The notes under the pieces were generated by a model. It had not been told where the DNA came from and did no database searches. It saw only the letters and a list, made by a program, of their open reading frames with translations. Both the position numbers and the translations under genes were made by a program. A stretch of 64,000 nucleotides of DNA from Mizuhopecten yessoensis (lineage: Eukaryota): the NCBI RefSeq assembly GCF_002113885.1, contig NW_018406858.1, positions 499,363-563,362 of the forward strand, read 5' to 3'. Shown here piece by piece: positions 1 to 13,200 of the stretch. Position 1 is the first letter of the stretch, and each line of letters opens with the position of its first letter.

Positions 1-1794
1 AAAATGTATTTAACTGTTATGTAAATTAAATTATCGAATAGAATTAATTTGATCACCATTAAAACAAATCTGAATTAGCTTTGATGAAGAAATTTTACAA
101 GTTAAAATAATGTATGTTGACCACTCTTCTGTTAGTGCTTCCTACACATACTGTTACAACCCATTGGATCATTATTATCTAACTAGTGTGATGTCAGATA
201 GGATGTAGGTCTCTGCTGTCTAGTCAGCAGAAACAATGGATCTGTGGATATGTGAGAATGGATAGAATGCAATGAGTGTTTGATTTCATTAAGGTGTTGT
301 TCTTTTGAATGAAATGGGTCACAGATGATGTTTGCATGAATGAAATGTTGTGTACTTCTCTTATTTTGTTATTTGTGATTCTTTAACACAAAGAAATATT
401 TGTTTCTCAATGATTTTAAAATCCAGCAAAATGTAAGTTTATGGCATTTACTTACCATGTAAACTAAACAAATAAATATCATGTTTTTTTCTAGACAGGA
501 AAGTTCCTCTCTATGAAATTGTTGAATTTGATCTCTATTCACATTATCCTACATGAGATAGGGGAGATAACCCTAAATAAAAATATATCAGTAATTTTGT
601 CAGGTACTGTACTGTAAAAAAATATTATAAAAACATTAGATACATGCATTTACAATTTTGTTTACTTGTAATATTTAAAGAAAACTAAATTGGTATGAAT
701 GGATATAAGTTAATTAAAAAGAAATTTAGCTTTAATTAATAGAGACGGCATTGCTTAAGTTTTGCCTGGTGATCTTCATGAAATCCAGTCTATCCTTGCT
801 TCTAAAGGAAAATAATACTGCGTATGAGCCTGCTTCTGCATGGTTCTTCTTTAAAATGAGAAAATATGTTTTTATATGTGAAGACAGAATCAATTTAATT
901 GTGGATACAACATGGAGTTTGATGATAGGTCATTTATTGTGACAATTGGTGACAATTTTACAATGACTCTTAAAGAATATATCCGGGGTTGGCAGGTATG
1001 TTCTGTTATTGAAAAGTTTTTAAATAAGGCCAATGATTGTTAAATTTTAAATAAAAGGTAAGTATTGAAAAGTTGATTTAAAATTGATAATGATGTAAAG
1101 GCTACAGTATAATGGTTGTATGTATGAAGCTAGTTTGTCTGTTATTATGGAGTATATGTGTGTTGTTGTATTATGGAACGTATGTACATTTTACTGTGGA
1201 CCCTCGTGTGCTGGTGTCCTCTACAAGCAATGTGATAATCATGGTATCTCATACTTATTTGTGCCATTTGTTTCTTCAGTTCAGCCTTTATTGATATTTG
1301 TGTGTAGGTGATTTCAGTTACTTCTGTGTGTACATAGTAAACTGGAAAAAGAAGTTTATAATTTAAAACGGTTTGCATTTATTGAATACTACACAAAGAC
1401 TTGTTCATAATAAATATGAACCAATGTAATAGATTGTGTATGTCCTTCCCTACCAGTTTGTTGGCTGCCCTCAGCAGTCCTAACTGAGATGATCTGGCAG
1501 TTCATGTTTTTTAATTACAAAGGAAGTCTTAACTTATACATATAAAACTATACACTGCAATTTATTATGTATTTTATATATATAAACTTGGACCAGTATG
1601 TTTTGAATGGCGTTTATTAGTTATATCTGTATTGTGACACACTGCTTTACCTGTGATAAAGGCTAACAATGACCTACTTTATTTAAATAACTAAAATAAT
1701 GTGATCAGAGGACTTTTTTGCCAGCGTAGAATTTCTCAAATAAAGTATGGTAAATGAAGTAAATTAGCACAACATGCAATATGTTTCCTGTATG

Positions 1795-2410
1795 TTCTAC
1801 AACAGGTGAGGCACTTCCTGTCAATACCACCACAGGTGAGACACTTCCTGTCAATACCACCACAGGTGAAACACCTCTGTCAATACCATCACAGGTAAGA
1901 CACTTCCTGTCAATACCACCACAGGTGAGACACTTCCTGTCAGTATTATCACAGGTGAGTCACTTCCTGTCAGTATTACCACAGGTGAGTCACTTCCTGT
2001 CAGTATTGCCACAGGTGAGACAATATTGATCTGTACCACTACAGGTTAGGTACTTCCTGTAAATACCACTACAAGAGAGTCACTTCCTGTCAGTATTACC
2101 ACAGATGAGTCAATTCCTGTCCGTATTACCACAGGTGAGACAATATTGATTTGTACCACTACAGATGAGTCACTTCCTGTCAGTATTACCACAGGTGAGA
2201 CAATATTGATCTGTACCACTACAGGTTAGACACTTCTTGTCAGTACCACTACAGGAGAGTCACTTCCTGTCAGTATTACCACAGATGAGTCAATTCCTGT
2301 CAGTATTACCACAGGTGAGACAATATTGATCTATACCGCTACAGGCGAGTCACTTCCTGTCAGTATTACCACAGGTGAGACATTTTTCGCCACCACTACA
2401 GATGAGACAT
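1795..2410. repeat. 30-bp minisatellite (acaggtgagtcacttcctgtcagtattacc), about 20 copies
   Basis: Unit recurs at 1921, 1951, 1981 and onward. Confidence 0.95.
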
Positions 2411-3711
2411 CTGATGAGTACACCAATGGCGAGTTGGTACATTGTCCAGTCCTCTAACATACATATATAGTCATAATGTATAATGCTAATTTGATAAAGT
2501 ATCACTTCCATTGTTAAAATCATTTATAGATATGATTTGCATATATAGAAAATAAACCAAAGTATAATTAATTTCACACGCACAAAACTTATATAACATA
2601 ATTGTCACAAATTTTGCTTTGTTTCACTACTTGTTGCAACCTAAATTTATGGGCACATCATAAAACAAATTGGAAATAAAGGATACATTTAGAAAAGAAG
2701 ACAGATTTTATGAAATAAATTAACACAGGCAGGCACTTGTGTCTAATTTGGAATAAAAAGAAAACAGCTAAATTTCTTTTTTTATCCCAGAAAGCCATCT
2801 CATCATATTGACTATGTCATTGAACCTATTGGTAATAGCAGACTCTAGCCTTTAATTTTTAACATATTTACAACCTCCCTGTGACATATCTCGATTTCAA
2901 TGAGGTCAGAAGTATACAGTATTTGCTTTGTGCATCCTATATTGTCCCAAGTGTTCATACATGTAGGTCTGACCATCAGAAAGGATTCTGGGTTGTTTAT
3001 CTTATTTTTTGAAGGGTAATCAAACTTAGTACATTGTGTATGTGTGTCCATCATATACAGGAAATGGATTGTACTAAAAGTAATCATGCAATTTATGGTA
3101 TGGTAATCTCAAACTATGTTTTTGAAGCATTTTCCTACATTATTTTATGTAAGATCATCACATTTAGTTTGTATGATGAAGGGAAGACAGAGAATCACAT
3201 AACAAAAGTAGGTCACTGGAACCTTTATTTTGACCTCTGACCTCAATCAAAGAAAACAGTAATTGAAGCATTTATCTTGCTCTGATCGACTTCGTATGTG
3301 GGTACATGTAGATGGAGTGTCATGTGCCAATAGTGAATACCTATACCATGTATACTTTAAATGTACCTATTTTAGTGGTACTCTCATTTTAGCACTTCAG
3401 ATAAACATAATACTAAGTTATGATTGTGCCAGTCAAAGTTCCTATGTATTGTTCTCTATTTCAACATTCATCAATGCCCTAATTTGTAAAATTTAATAAT
3501 GAGCAGAAACAAGTATGTAACATTATATTGACCTCTGACCACAATCACAGAAAAACTGGTTGTGGAAAACTTCTGCTGTACAATATCATGTGCATGCGGG
3601 AACAAATAACTTAGAATACAACTTGTCACTAAGTGTGAGATCAAACTTAAGGACAAAGTGAGTTGGTTATGTTTTATACAGTAGATATGGCCTGAACCTT
3701 ATTTTACAAAA

Positions 3712-4075
3712 GAGAGGTCAAAGGTCTAAAATCAGGTCAAATGATCCTTTGCAAGTCCACGGTATCTACAAAGTAGATCAGAAGTCAAAATACAGGTCAA
3801 ATGATCCTGTGCAAATCCCGGATATCCAAAAAGTAGGTCAGAGATCAAAATATTGGTCAAATGATCCTGTGCAAACCCCGGATATCCACAAAGTAGGTCA
3901 GAGATCAAAATACAGGTCAAATGATCTTGTGCAAATCCAGGATATCCACAAAGGAGGTCAGAGATCAAAATATAGGTCAAATGATCCTGTGCAAATCCAG
4001 GATATCCACAAAGTATGTCAGAGGTCAAAATACAGGTCAAATGATCTTGTGCAAATCCAGTATATCCACAAAGCC
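3712..4075. repeat. 60-bp tandem repeat, about 6 copies
   Basis: Successive 60-nt lines align; rich in aggtca. Confidence 0.95.
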
Positions 4076-4635
4076 AGTACTTCAAGATGGGTTCTCCCTC
4101 ATGTTCAGTATTTCAAAGCAATATGGACATTTTGTTGTATTACATTCAAAACTGATAGGAGGTAATCTCACTGTATTTTGATGTGCTTTAATATCCAATC
4201 CTGAAATGCTGCTGGTCAAAGGCACATGTATATTTCCTTATTCATTCCTATCAAAACATGACAAAATCTAGTATGTCATTTTCTTTTGCCAAAAGTTTTC
4301 TGAAAGGAAATAAAATAACCGTGACAAATGGAAACTACATTCATAATGCATATATCAAGATGCATATTTGTAGCACAGATGAACTGCCATCTGATTTTAC
4401 TATGTTAAGTTTTTATTTCTATTAAAATCCTAGTATGTGTACCTCTTATTCAAGTACTTATACGCAGTGTGAGTTTTATTTTCATTCCATAAATGCTTGA
4501 ACCTATTAAGTTATATGTATATTCTGATTATACATCAATATGTCATGTCTTTTGAATTATACTGATGTAAGACTAAGTGTTAACACTTACAGATCTGTGT
4601 TGATGTATGCAGCTGTATTTGCTTTATCCAGTGAC

Positions 4636-4800
4636 TCTTGGTAGAAGTGATTAACAAAAAGTCAATTCTTGGTAGTAGTGATTAACAAAAAGTCAATTCT
4701 TGGTTGTAGTGATTAAAAAAAGTCAACTCTTGGTTGTAGTGATTAAAAAAAGTCAACCCTTGGTTGTAGTAATTAAAAAAAGTCAACCCTTGGTTGTAGA
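4636..4800. repeat. 30-31-bp tandem repeat, about 5 copies
   Basis: Unit tcttggttgtagtgattaaaaaaagtcaa. Confidence 0.9.
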
Positions 4801-6749
4801 CTTAACAAGTTGGCCCTTGATTGGAGTGATAATAAGTCCTCTATCCAGTGACTCTTATTTGTACTGACTATTAAGTCTTGAATCAAGCACCTGACTCAAT
4901 ATCCATGTGATTGATGGTGGGTGATAGGTCACTCAATGATGATGTGATTTTAAAATGTTTAAATATCAGCACGAAATGTGAATTATTTAACGGAGTCGCT
5001 GCATAAACCGAATGTCAGCAAGTTCATCTGAGTTCGCCATGACGTCTACACAGGGGCTCGTTATCTACCTAACTGTAACCTGTATGGTAGGAGTACACCA
5101 AGAGAATCGTCCTTGTACACACTCAAATATTTATCAATAAACAGTATGTTTTGTTAACTTGTGCTTTGTTTTTTTTTAACTATGAACCCAAGTTCCTAAT
5201 TCCGTTTTAGGAAAAATAAAAAACAGAAATAAAATTCAGCTCCATCAGTTTTCTTTCAATGGATAATTATACAACAGTAAAACATTTGGTGCTATGAGGA
5301 GTGTCAGTTATCTGTATTTTATTTTGATGAAAAATGTCAGCAGTAGTAAGCGTGAACAATATACAATGAATAAAGCTATACTTGTAGTTGAGTAAAATCT
5401 GCATACTTGTATAATAAAGCAGCAATCTCCACGCTCATTTGTTGATAGTTTCTGCACAGTACCTTTATTAAGTGTGACCAGATTTTGATGACACTTTGTC
5501 AATATTACATAAAGCCAAAGTTTAAAGCTATAATATTAGTTAAAATTTGAATAAAATTTTAAATTATATAGGACACAGCAATACAAATAGATAAAATATT
5601 TAAACTTTAAAACAAAGTTCAGCAAAATGAATTAAAATGACATCAAACTTGCAGTGGAATGACATAATCTCATTTTTTTAACTTTTCATATGAGATTGAA
5701 GAAACAAGTCTACCAAGGGGAAACATTGGAACAAGTTTCAAAATGGGGAATGTACATTTCTGCCATTATGTACAAATCATCTTATTCCTTTTGGATAACT
5801 TAAAGGTACATACTTTTTTAAGAACAAAAAAACAGAAATTGATGGAATAATTTAGAGCAAAAGTTTATTTCTGAGGAAATATAAAGATACAAGTACATGT
5901 GTAAGTCTACAATGACTGCATTATTGCACCAATAGTATATAACAATATATAGAAAATATATCAACAATACAAGTAACAGGTATAGATATATCCGACACCA
6001 TGTATATTTATACTGATACCTAGGTTTGAATACTAGCTAAAGTAACACCCTTCAGTATCATAAAACAGGGGAGACAATTCAAGGATACTCGATCAATGCT
6101 CTAATTACAGATTGAGAGAATCTTTCACCCCTTTGGGTTTGAGATACATGTAGTTCCAGAGGACATGAATGATTCTTTCTTTTTTACCCTGTTGGCCCTA
6201 TAATAAATGCAACGTTGATGTTTTGTGACCAGTACAGTGTTGAAGTGGCATTTATGCCTGGTTGAACTTCTGTAATACAAATGTTATACAGGGAAATCAT
6301 CTCGGCACTGGAGTGAGACAAGGATAGTTCACACCTTGAAAAGTGTAAGTATCAATATTTGTTAAATACTTTTCTCCAACACAATATTATGTGATGTCAT
6401 AGTTTACAGAAGATGTTCATATTTTAAAGGTTTTATATCTAACCTTTCCTTGATGGTGTGACCTCATGGAATATTAACCAAAATTATACAGTAGCTGATC
6501 TTGATATTGCATGTTTATATAGCAGTTATAGACATATTCTATCAGAGTTACCTCCCCTCATTACCCTTATATCTGACGGGCCAACAAAATGGGAAGATAG
6601 CTCGCTACTTATGCATGCATTTCTGAACATTGTACTGAGTTGTTATATCTATGTTATATACATCAATGTTGTCCATGTGTCAAGTACATTGGATCAGAAT
6701 ACCCACCCAACAAAGCACATAATATACTGAGGCTGATTCATATGAAACA

Positions 6750-7015
6750 CGAAAGGAAAAATGCACTTTCAGACCTGACTTCAAATCTGTGACCCTGAGA
6801 GTGATACTCCAACCAATTGAGCCTACCAGGTTGATGGCAATTGACCCAGGCCAATTCTGCTACATTCCTAATTCCTTCAACAAATTGTTTGACCCAGAAG
6901 ACACTAATGAATGGGGAAAATGCACAGCGACATCAGTATTTTAACTCGGGACCCTCTGGAAACTAGATGGACGCTCTGAATAATTGAGCCACTTGGTTAC
7001 CGGCAATCGACCCAG
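6750..7015 (-). mobile_element. Decayed tRNA-derived SINE-like remnant (two related segments) in the TRPA1-like 3' UTR
   Basis: Minus strand has an A-box-like gtggctcaattattcagagc followed by a degenerate B box; gaaaa(a)tgcac..aattgagcc..ggcaat(t/c)gacccag occurs twice. Confidence 0.4.
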
Positions 7016-7063
7016 CAATAATATGGAAGGAAACATTCAAAATATCTCGGTACTAGCAATTGT

Positions 7064-7211
7064 TTATGAAATGTCCATTCTACTCAGCATATCTGAGCGG
7101 ACAGAGTCAACAGGTGACAGACGACTAAGTGACACACTGACGTCTAGATGACTGCAGATCTGCCTCATCATCTCCTGCTGTTGTTTCTGGGCCGCCTGCA
7201 TCTGTAGCAAC
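7064..7211 (-). CDS. TRPA1: TRPA1-like last coding exon (coiled coil, stop)
   Basis: gccag|G acceptor, then LLQMQAAQKQQQEMMRQICSHLDV..MDIS*; phase 2 matches the previous exon. Confidence 0.85.
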
Positions 7212-10200
7212 CTGGCAACAAAAAGTGTAAGTCTATAGCAACCTGGCAACAAACAGTGTAAGTCTCTAGCAACTTGGCAACAAACAGTGAAAGTCTATAG
7301 TAACCTGGCAACAAAAAGTTAAGTCCATGGCAACTTGGCAACAAAAAGTTAAATCCATAGCAACTTGGCAACAAAAAGTAGAGTCCATAGCAACTTGGCA
7401 ACAAAAATTTAAGCCCATAGCAACTTGGCAACAAAAAGTTATGTCTATAGCAACTTGGCAACAAAATTGTAAGTATATAGAAACCTGGCAACAAACAGTG
7501 TAAGTCTCTAGCAACTTGGCAACAAACAGTGAAAGTCTATAGTAACCTGGCAACAAAAAGTTAAGTCTATAGCAATTTGGCAACAAACAGTGAAAGTCTA
7601 TGGTTACCTGGCAACAAAAAGTTAAGTCTATAGCAATTTGGCAACAAACAGTGAAAGTCTATAGTAACCTGGCAACAAAAAGTTAAGTCTATAGCAATTT
7701 GGCAACAAACAGTGAAAGTCTATAGTAACCTGGCAACAAAAAGTTAAGTCTATAGCAATTTGGCAACAAACAGTGAAAGTCTATGGAAACCTGGCAACAA
7801 AAAGTTAAGTCCAAAGCAACTTGGCAACAAAAAGTTATGTCTATAGCAACTTGGCAACAAAATTGTAAGTATATAGAAACCTGGCAACAAACAGTGTAAG
7901 TCTCTAGCAACTTGGCAACAAACAGTGAAAGTCTATGGAAACCTGGCAACAAAAAGTTAAGTCTATGGTAACTTGGCCCCAAACAGAGAAAGTCTATGGT
8001 AACCTGGCAACAAAAAGTTAAGTCTATGGTAACTTGGCCCCAAACAGAGAAAGTCTATGGTAACCTGGCAACAAAAAGTTAAGTCCATAGCAACTTGGCA
8101 ACAAAAAGTTAAGCCCATAGCAACTTGGCAACAAACAGTTAAGTCTATGGTAACTTGGCAACAAACAGTGAAAGTCTATGGTAACCTGGCAACAAACAGT
8201 GAAAGTCTATGGTAACCTGGCAACAAAAAGTGTAACTCTAGCAACCTGGCAACAAAAAGTTAAGACCATAGCAACTTGGCAACAAAAATTTAAGCCCATA
8301 GCAACTTGGCAACAAACAGTGAAAGTCTATGGAAACCTGGCAACAAAAAGTTAAGTCCATGGCAACTTGGCAACAAAAAGTTAATTCCATAGCAACTTGG
8401 CAACAAAAATTTAAGCCCATAGCAACTTGGCAACAAAAAGTTATGTCCATAGCAACTTGGCAACAAAAAGTTAAGCCCATAGCAACTTGGCAACAAAAAG
8501 TTAAGTCCATAGCAACCTGGCAACAAAAAGTGTAAGTCTAGCAACCTGGCAACAAAAAGTTAAGTCTTTAGCAACTTGGCACAAAAGGTTATGTCTATAG
8601 CAACTTGGCAACAAAATTGTAAGTATATAGAAACCTGGCAACAAACAGTGTAAGTCTATAGCAACCTGGCAACAAACAGTTTAACTCTAAAGTAACCTGG
8701 CAATAAAATTTTAAGAATAAATTACAACCTGGCAACAATGTAAGTTTATTGTAAACTGACAACAGAGTGTGTCATTCTATTGTAACCTGACAACAGAATG
8801 TGTCATTCTATTGTAATCTGACAGCAGAGTGTGTCATTCTATTGTTATCTGACAGCTGAGTATGTCATTCTATTGTAAACTGACAACAGAGTGTGTCATT
8901 CTATTGTAACCTGACAACAGAGTGTGTCATTCTATTGTAAACTGACAACAGAGTGTGTCATTCTATTGTAACCTGACAGCAGAGTGTGTCATTCTATTGT
9001 AAACTGACAACAGAGTGTGTCATTCTATTGTAACCTGACAACAGAGTGTGTCATTCTATTGTAACCTGACAACAGAGTGTGTCATTCTATTGCAACCTGA
9101 CAGCAGAGTGTGTCATTCTATTGTAAACTGACAAGAGAGTGTGTCATTCTATTGTTACCTGACAACAGTGTCATTCTATTGTAACCTGACAACATAGTGT
9201 GTCATTCTATTGTAAGCTGGCAACAGAGTGTGTCATTCTATTGTACCCTGACAGCAGAGTGTGTCATTCTAGTGTAACCTGACAACAGAGTGTGTCATAC
9301 TATTGTAACCTAACAACAGAGTGTGCCATTCTATTGTAACCTGACAGCAGAGTGTGTAATTCTATTGTAACCTGACAACAGAGGGTGTCATTCTAGTGTA
9401 ACCTGACAGCAGAGGGTGTCATTCTATTGTAACCTGACAAAAGAGTGTGTCATTCTATTGTAACCTAACAACAGAGTAAAAAAACAATCAGATACATATA
9501 CATACAAACAAGAGTATGCATGGAAGGATACACATTATTAAAATGGCTAATTATTTGAAGAAAAGTGTGTCATTCTATTGTAACCTGACAGTAGAGTGTG
9601 TCATTCTATTGTAACCTAACAACAGAGTAAAAAAACAATCAGATACATATACATACAAACAAGAGTATGCATGGAAGGATACACATTATTAAAATGGCTA
9701 ATTATTTGAAGAAAAGTGTGTCATTCTATTGTAACCTGACAAAAGAGTGTGTCATTCTATTGTAACCTGCCAAGAGAGTGTGTCATTCTATTGTTACCTG
9801 ACAACAGTGTCATTCTATTGTAACCAGACAACAGAGTGTGTCATTCTATTGGAACCTGACAACAGAGTGTGTCATTCTATAGTAACCTAACAACAGAGTG
9901 TGTCATTCTATTGTAAGCTGACAACAGAGCGTGTCATTCTATTGTAATCTGACAACAGAGTGTGTCATACTATTGTAACCTAACAACAGAGTGTGTCATT
10001 CTATTGCAACCTGCCAGCAGAGTGTGTCATTCTATTGTACCCTGACAGCAGAGTGTGTCATTCTATTGTAAACTGAAAAGAGAGTGTGTCATTCTATTGT
10101 TACCTGACAACAGTGTCATTCTATTGTAACCAGACAACAGAGTGTGTCATTCTATTGTACCCTGACATCAGTGTCATTCTAGTGTTAACTGACAACAGAG

Positions 10201-13200
10201 TGTGCCATTCTATTGTAACCTGACAGCAGAGTGTGTAATTCTATTGTAACCTGACAACAGAGGGTGTCATTCTAGTGTAACCTGACAGCAGAGTGTGACA
10301 TTCTATTGTAACCTGACAAGAGAGTGGGTCATTCTATTGTTACCTGACAACAGTGTCATTCTATTGTAACCTAACAACAGAGTGTGCCATTCTATTGTAA
10401 CCTGACAGCAGAGAGTGTCATTCTATTGTAACCTGACACCAGTGTCATGCTATTGTAACCTGACAACAGAGTGTGTCATACTATTGTAACCTAACAACAG
10501 AGTGTGCCATTCTATTGTAACCTGACAGCAGAGGGTGTCATTCTATTGTAATCTGACAACAGAGTGTGTCATGCTATTGTAAACTGACAACAGAGTGTGT
10601 CATTCTATTGTAACCTGACAACAGAGTGTGTCATTCTAGTGTAACCTGACAGCAGAGTGTGTCATTCTATTGTAACCTGACAAGAGAGTGTGTCATTCTA
10701 TTGTAATCTGACAACAGAGTGTGTCATTCTATTGTAATCTGACAACAGAGTGTGTCATTCTATTGTAACCTGACAACAGAGTGTGTCATTCTATTGTAAC
10801 CTGACAGCAGAGTGTGTCATTCTATTGTAAACTGACAACAGAGTGTGTCATTCTACTGTAACCTAACAAGAGAGTGTGTCATTCTATTGTAACCTAACAA
10901 CAGAGTGTGTCATTCTATTGTAATCTGACAGCAGAGTGTGTCATTCTATTGTAAACTAACAACAGAGTGTGTCATTCTACTGTAACCTAACAACAGAGTG
11001 TGTCATTCTATTGTAACCTAACAACAGAGTAAAAAAACAATCAGATACATATACATACAAACAAGTGTATGCATGGAAGGATACACATTATTAAAATGGC
11101 TAATTATTTGAAGAAAAAACCTGAAAAACTTACATGGCCTTTTGCTTCCTCATGTCATGTTTTATTTGGCTGAGCATTTCTGACATAGGATCATTGCTGT
11201 CCTCTTCTAAATATTTCTCATTGTTTTCCACTTTTAAAAGCTTCTTCTTGAACTAGAAAGATATATCAATTTCAATATTTGAACTCAACTTTAATGTATT
11301 TTACAACAATGTTGAAACAGGATTTATTTATCACCTTTATCAGTCACTATTAATGGCTGGGATAACAGCTTGTACGAGATCTTAAAATAGGAGGAAACTG
11401 AAAAACACAGATGAAATCTTCCTGGTCAAGCAAGTGACCCTAAGTTCTCACATCTGATCAGAGTATCAACCCCTTGCCATCTTGGTGAGTGCTCTATCCA
11501 ACGTTGATTACCTACATGATTACCACAGTCTGATGAGTACGGTGAAAGATGAGTGCTCTATCCACTGTTGATTACCTACACGATTACTACAGTCTGATGA
11601 GTACGGTGAAAGACGAGTGCTCTATCCACCGTTGCTTACCTAAACGATTACTACAGTCTGATGAGGACGGTGAAAGATGAGTGGTCTATCCACTGTTGAT
11701 TACCCACACGATTACTACAGTCTGATGAGGACGGTGAAAGATGAGTGGTCTATCCACTGTTGATTCCCTACACGATTACTACAGTCTGATGAGGACGGTG
11801 AAAGATGAGTGGTCTATCCACTGTTGATTCCCTACACGATTACTACAATCTGATGGGTACGATGAAAGATGAGTGCTCTATCCACCGTTGATTACCTACA
11901 CGATTACTACAGTCTGATGAGTACGGTAAAAGATGAGTGCTCTAACTACTGTTGATTACCTACACGTACAATTACTACAGTCTGATGAGTACGGTGAAAG
12001 ATGAGTGTTGATTACCTACACAGTAACTACAGTCTAGTGAGACCTGTATAAGTACTTACCTGATTCCAGCACGACTGACTCTCCATGTTTGGTTTCATCT
12101 CAAACCTCCTTTTGTATAGTTTTCTCTGAATGATTCTGGGGAATGTGGCTTCATATGAACAAAGCATTTGTATCTACCAACACAAAACAATGAGGTGACA
12201 TTATATTAGCAAATATCTGTGTGTCCTCTTTTGATGGAAAACAAATATTAAATATAAATGTGAAAACAAGTTATTTGAATTGTTGTAAGTTAAGGATTAA
12301 GCCTGGCTCAGATATGTTGGTATATGAACTGGGTACATTAGGAAAGCTTTAATTACCTGCAGTGAGAGACGGGTCAGGTAGGCCTCCTTCTGTATCTTGT
12401 CTATATCACCTACAGCAATACCTACCTACAACAATAAAACAGAAAGTTTGGAAATAAAATCATTTAATGATATCTTTCAAACATTAAACATGAGTATTGT
12501 AAACAAAATATATGTGCTTAACAATATTGATAAATCTTATATCCAACCCCAAAAACAGGACTTTGCTTTACTGTGTCCAAGGTCCTCAATAATTCCTGAA
12601 ACAGCTTGGTGAAATCCAATTCCTGAAACTGTTAGCTTGGTGAAATCTGCACCTTCTAGTGATATTTACTGCTAGAATCTTTTTTTGAATCATCATAATA
12701 GAATTAATAATAAGTCCTAAAAGGTGCAGCACTTTGCTGATGTTACAAACTATGTATGCTAATTCATCAAAGCCAACCTGTGTAGTGCTACTTGCTGAAG
12801 GGTTATAGTAACTTTATAAACAAATTGTTGCTGTCAGTTACAGGACATCTTACCTGCAGTTTGAGTAGACATTATGTACTTGTATGTTAAGACTTACCAG
12901 CAGGTTCATGAGACCTATCGGCATTATGACCATAAACATGGTCATCAGAAGCATGTTGTCTACTACAAACGGAGCATTGGTCTCACTCGCGTAGTTACTG
13001 ACAAAGTTGAGTTCACCAAGGGTCATGGACAGGACGGTCATTGGATACCAACTATCTGGTGTGAGACCGGGCTGTAATATCATCATCAGTCATTAGATAT
13101 ATAAGAAAAATTCAGCATTAGTGATTGTTCATGTATTGAGCATTATATCTACAGATCTGTCAGGATCTTCAGCACACCCAAGCACCCAATCAATTTAATG

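Noticed and set aside
3712-4075. AGGTCA direct repeats as nuclear-receptor elements
   Set aside because: tgacct/aggtca words are common in the dispersed repeats of this window, so the motif is uninformative
7168-8544. Cys-rich repetitive ORFs (CCQVA / LLPSCYG)
   Set aside because: Translations of the 30-bp acceptor-derived array, not a separate gene
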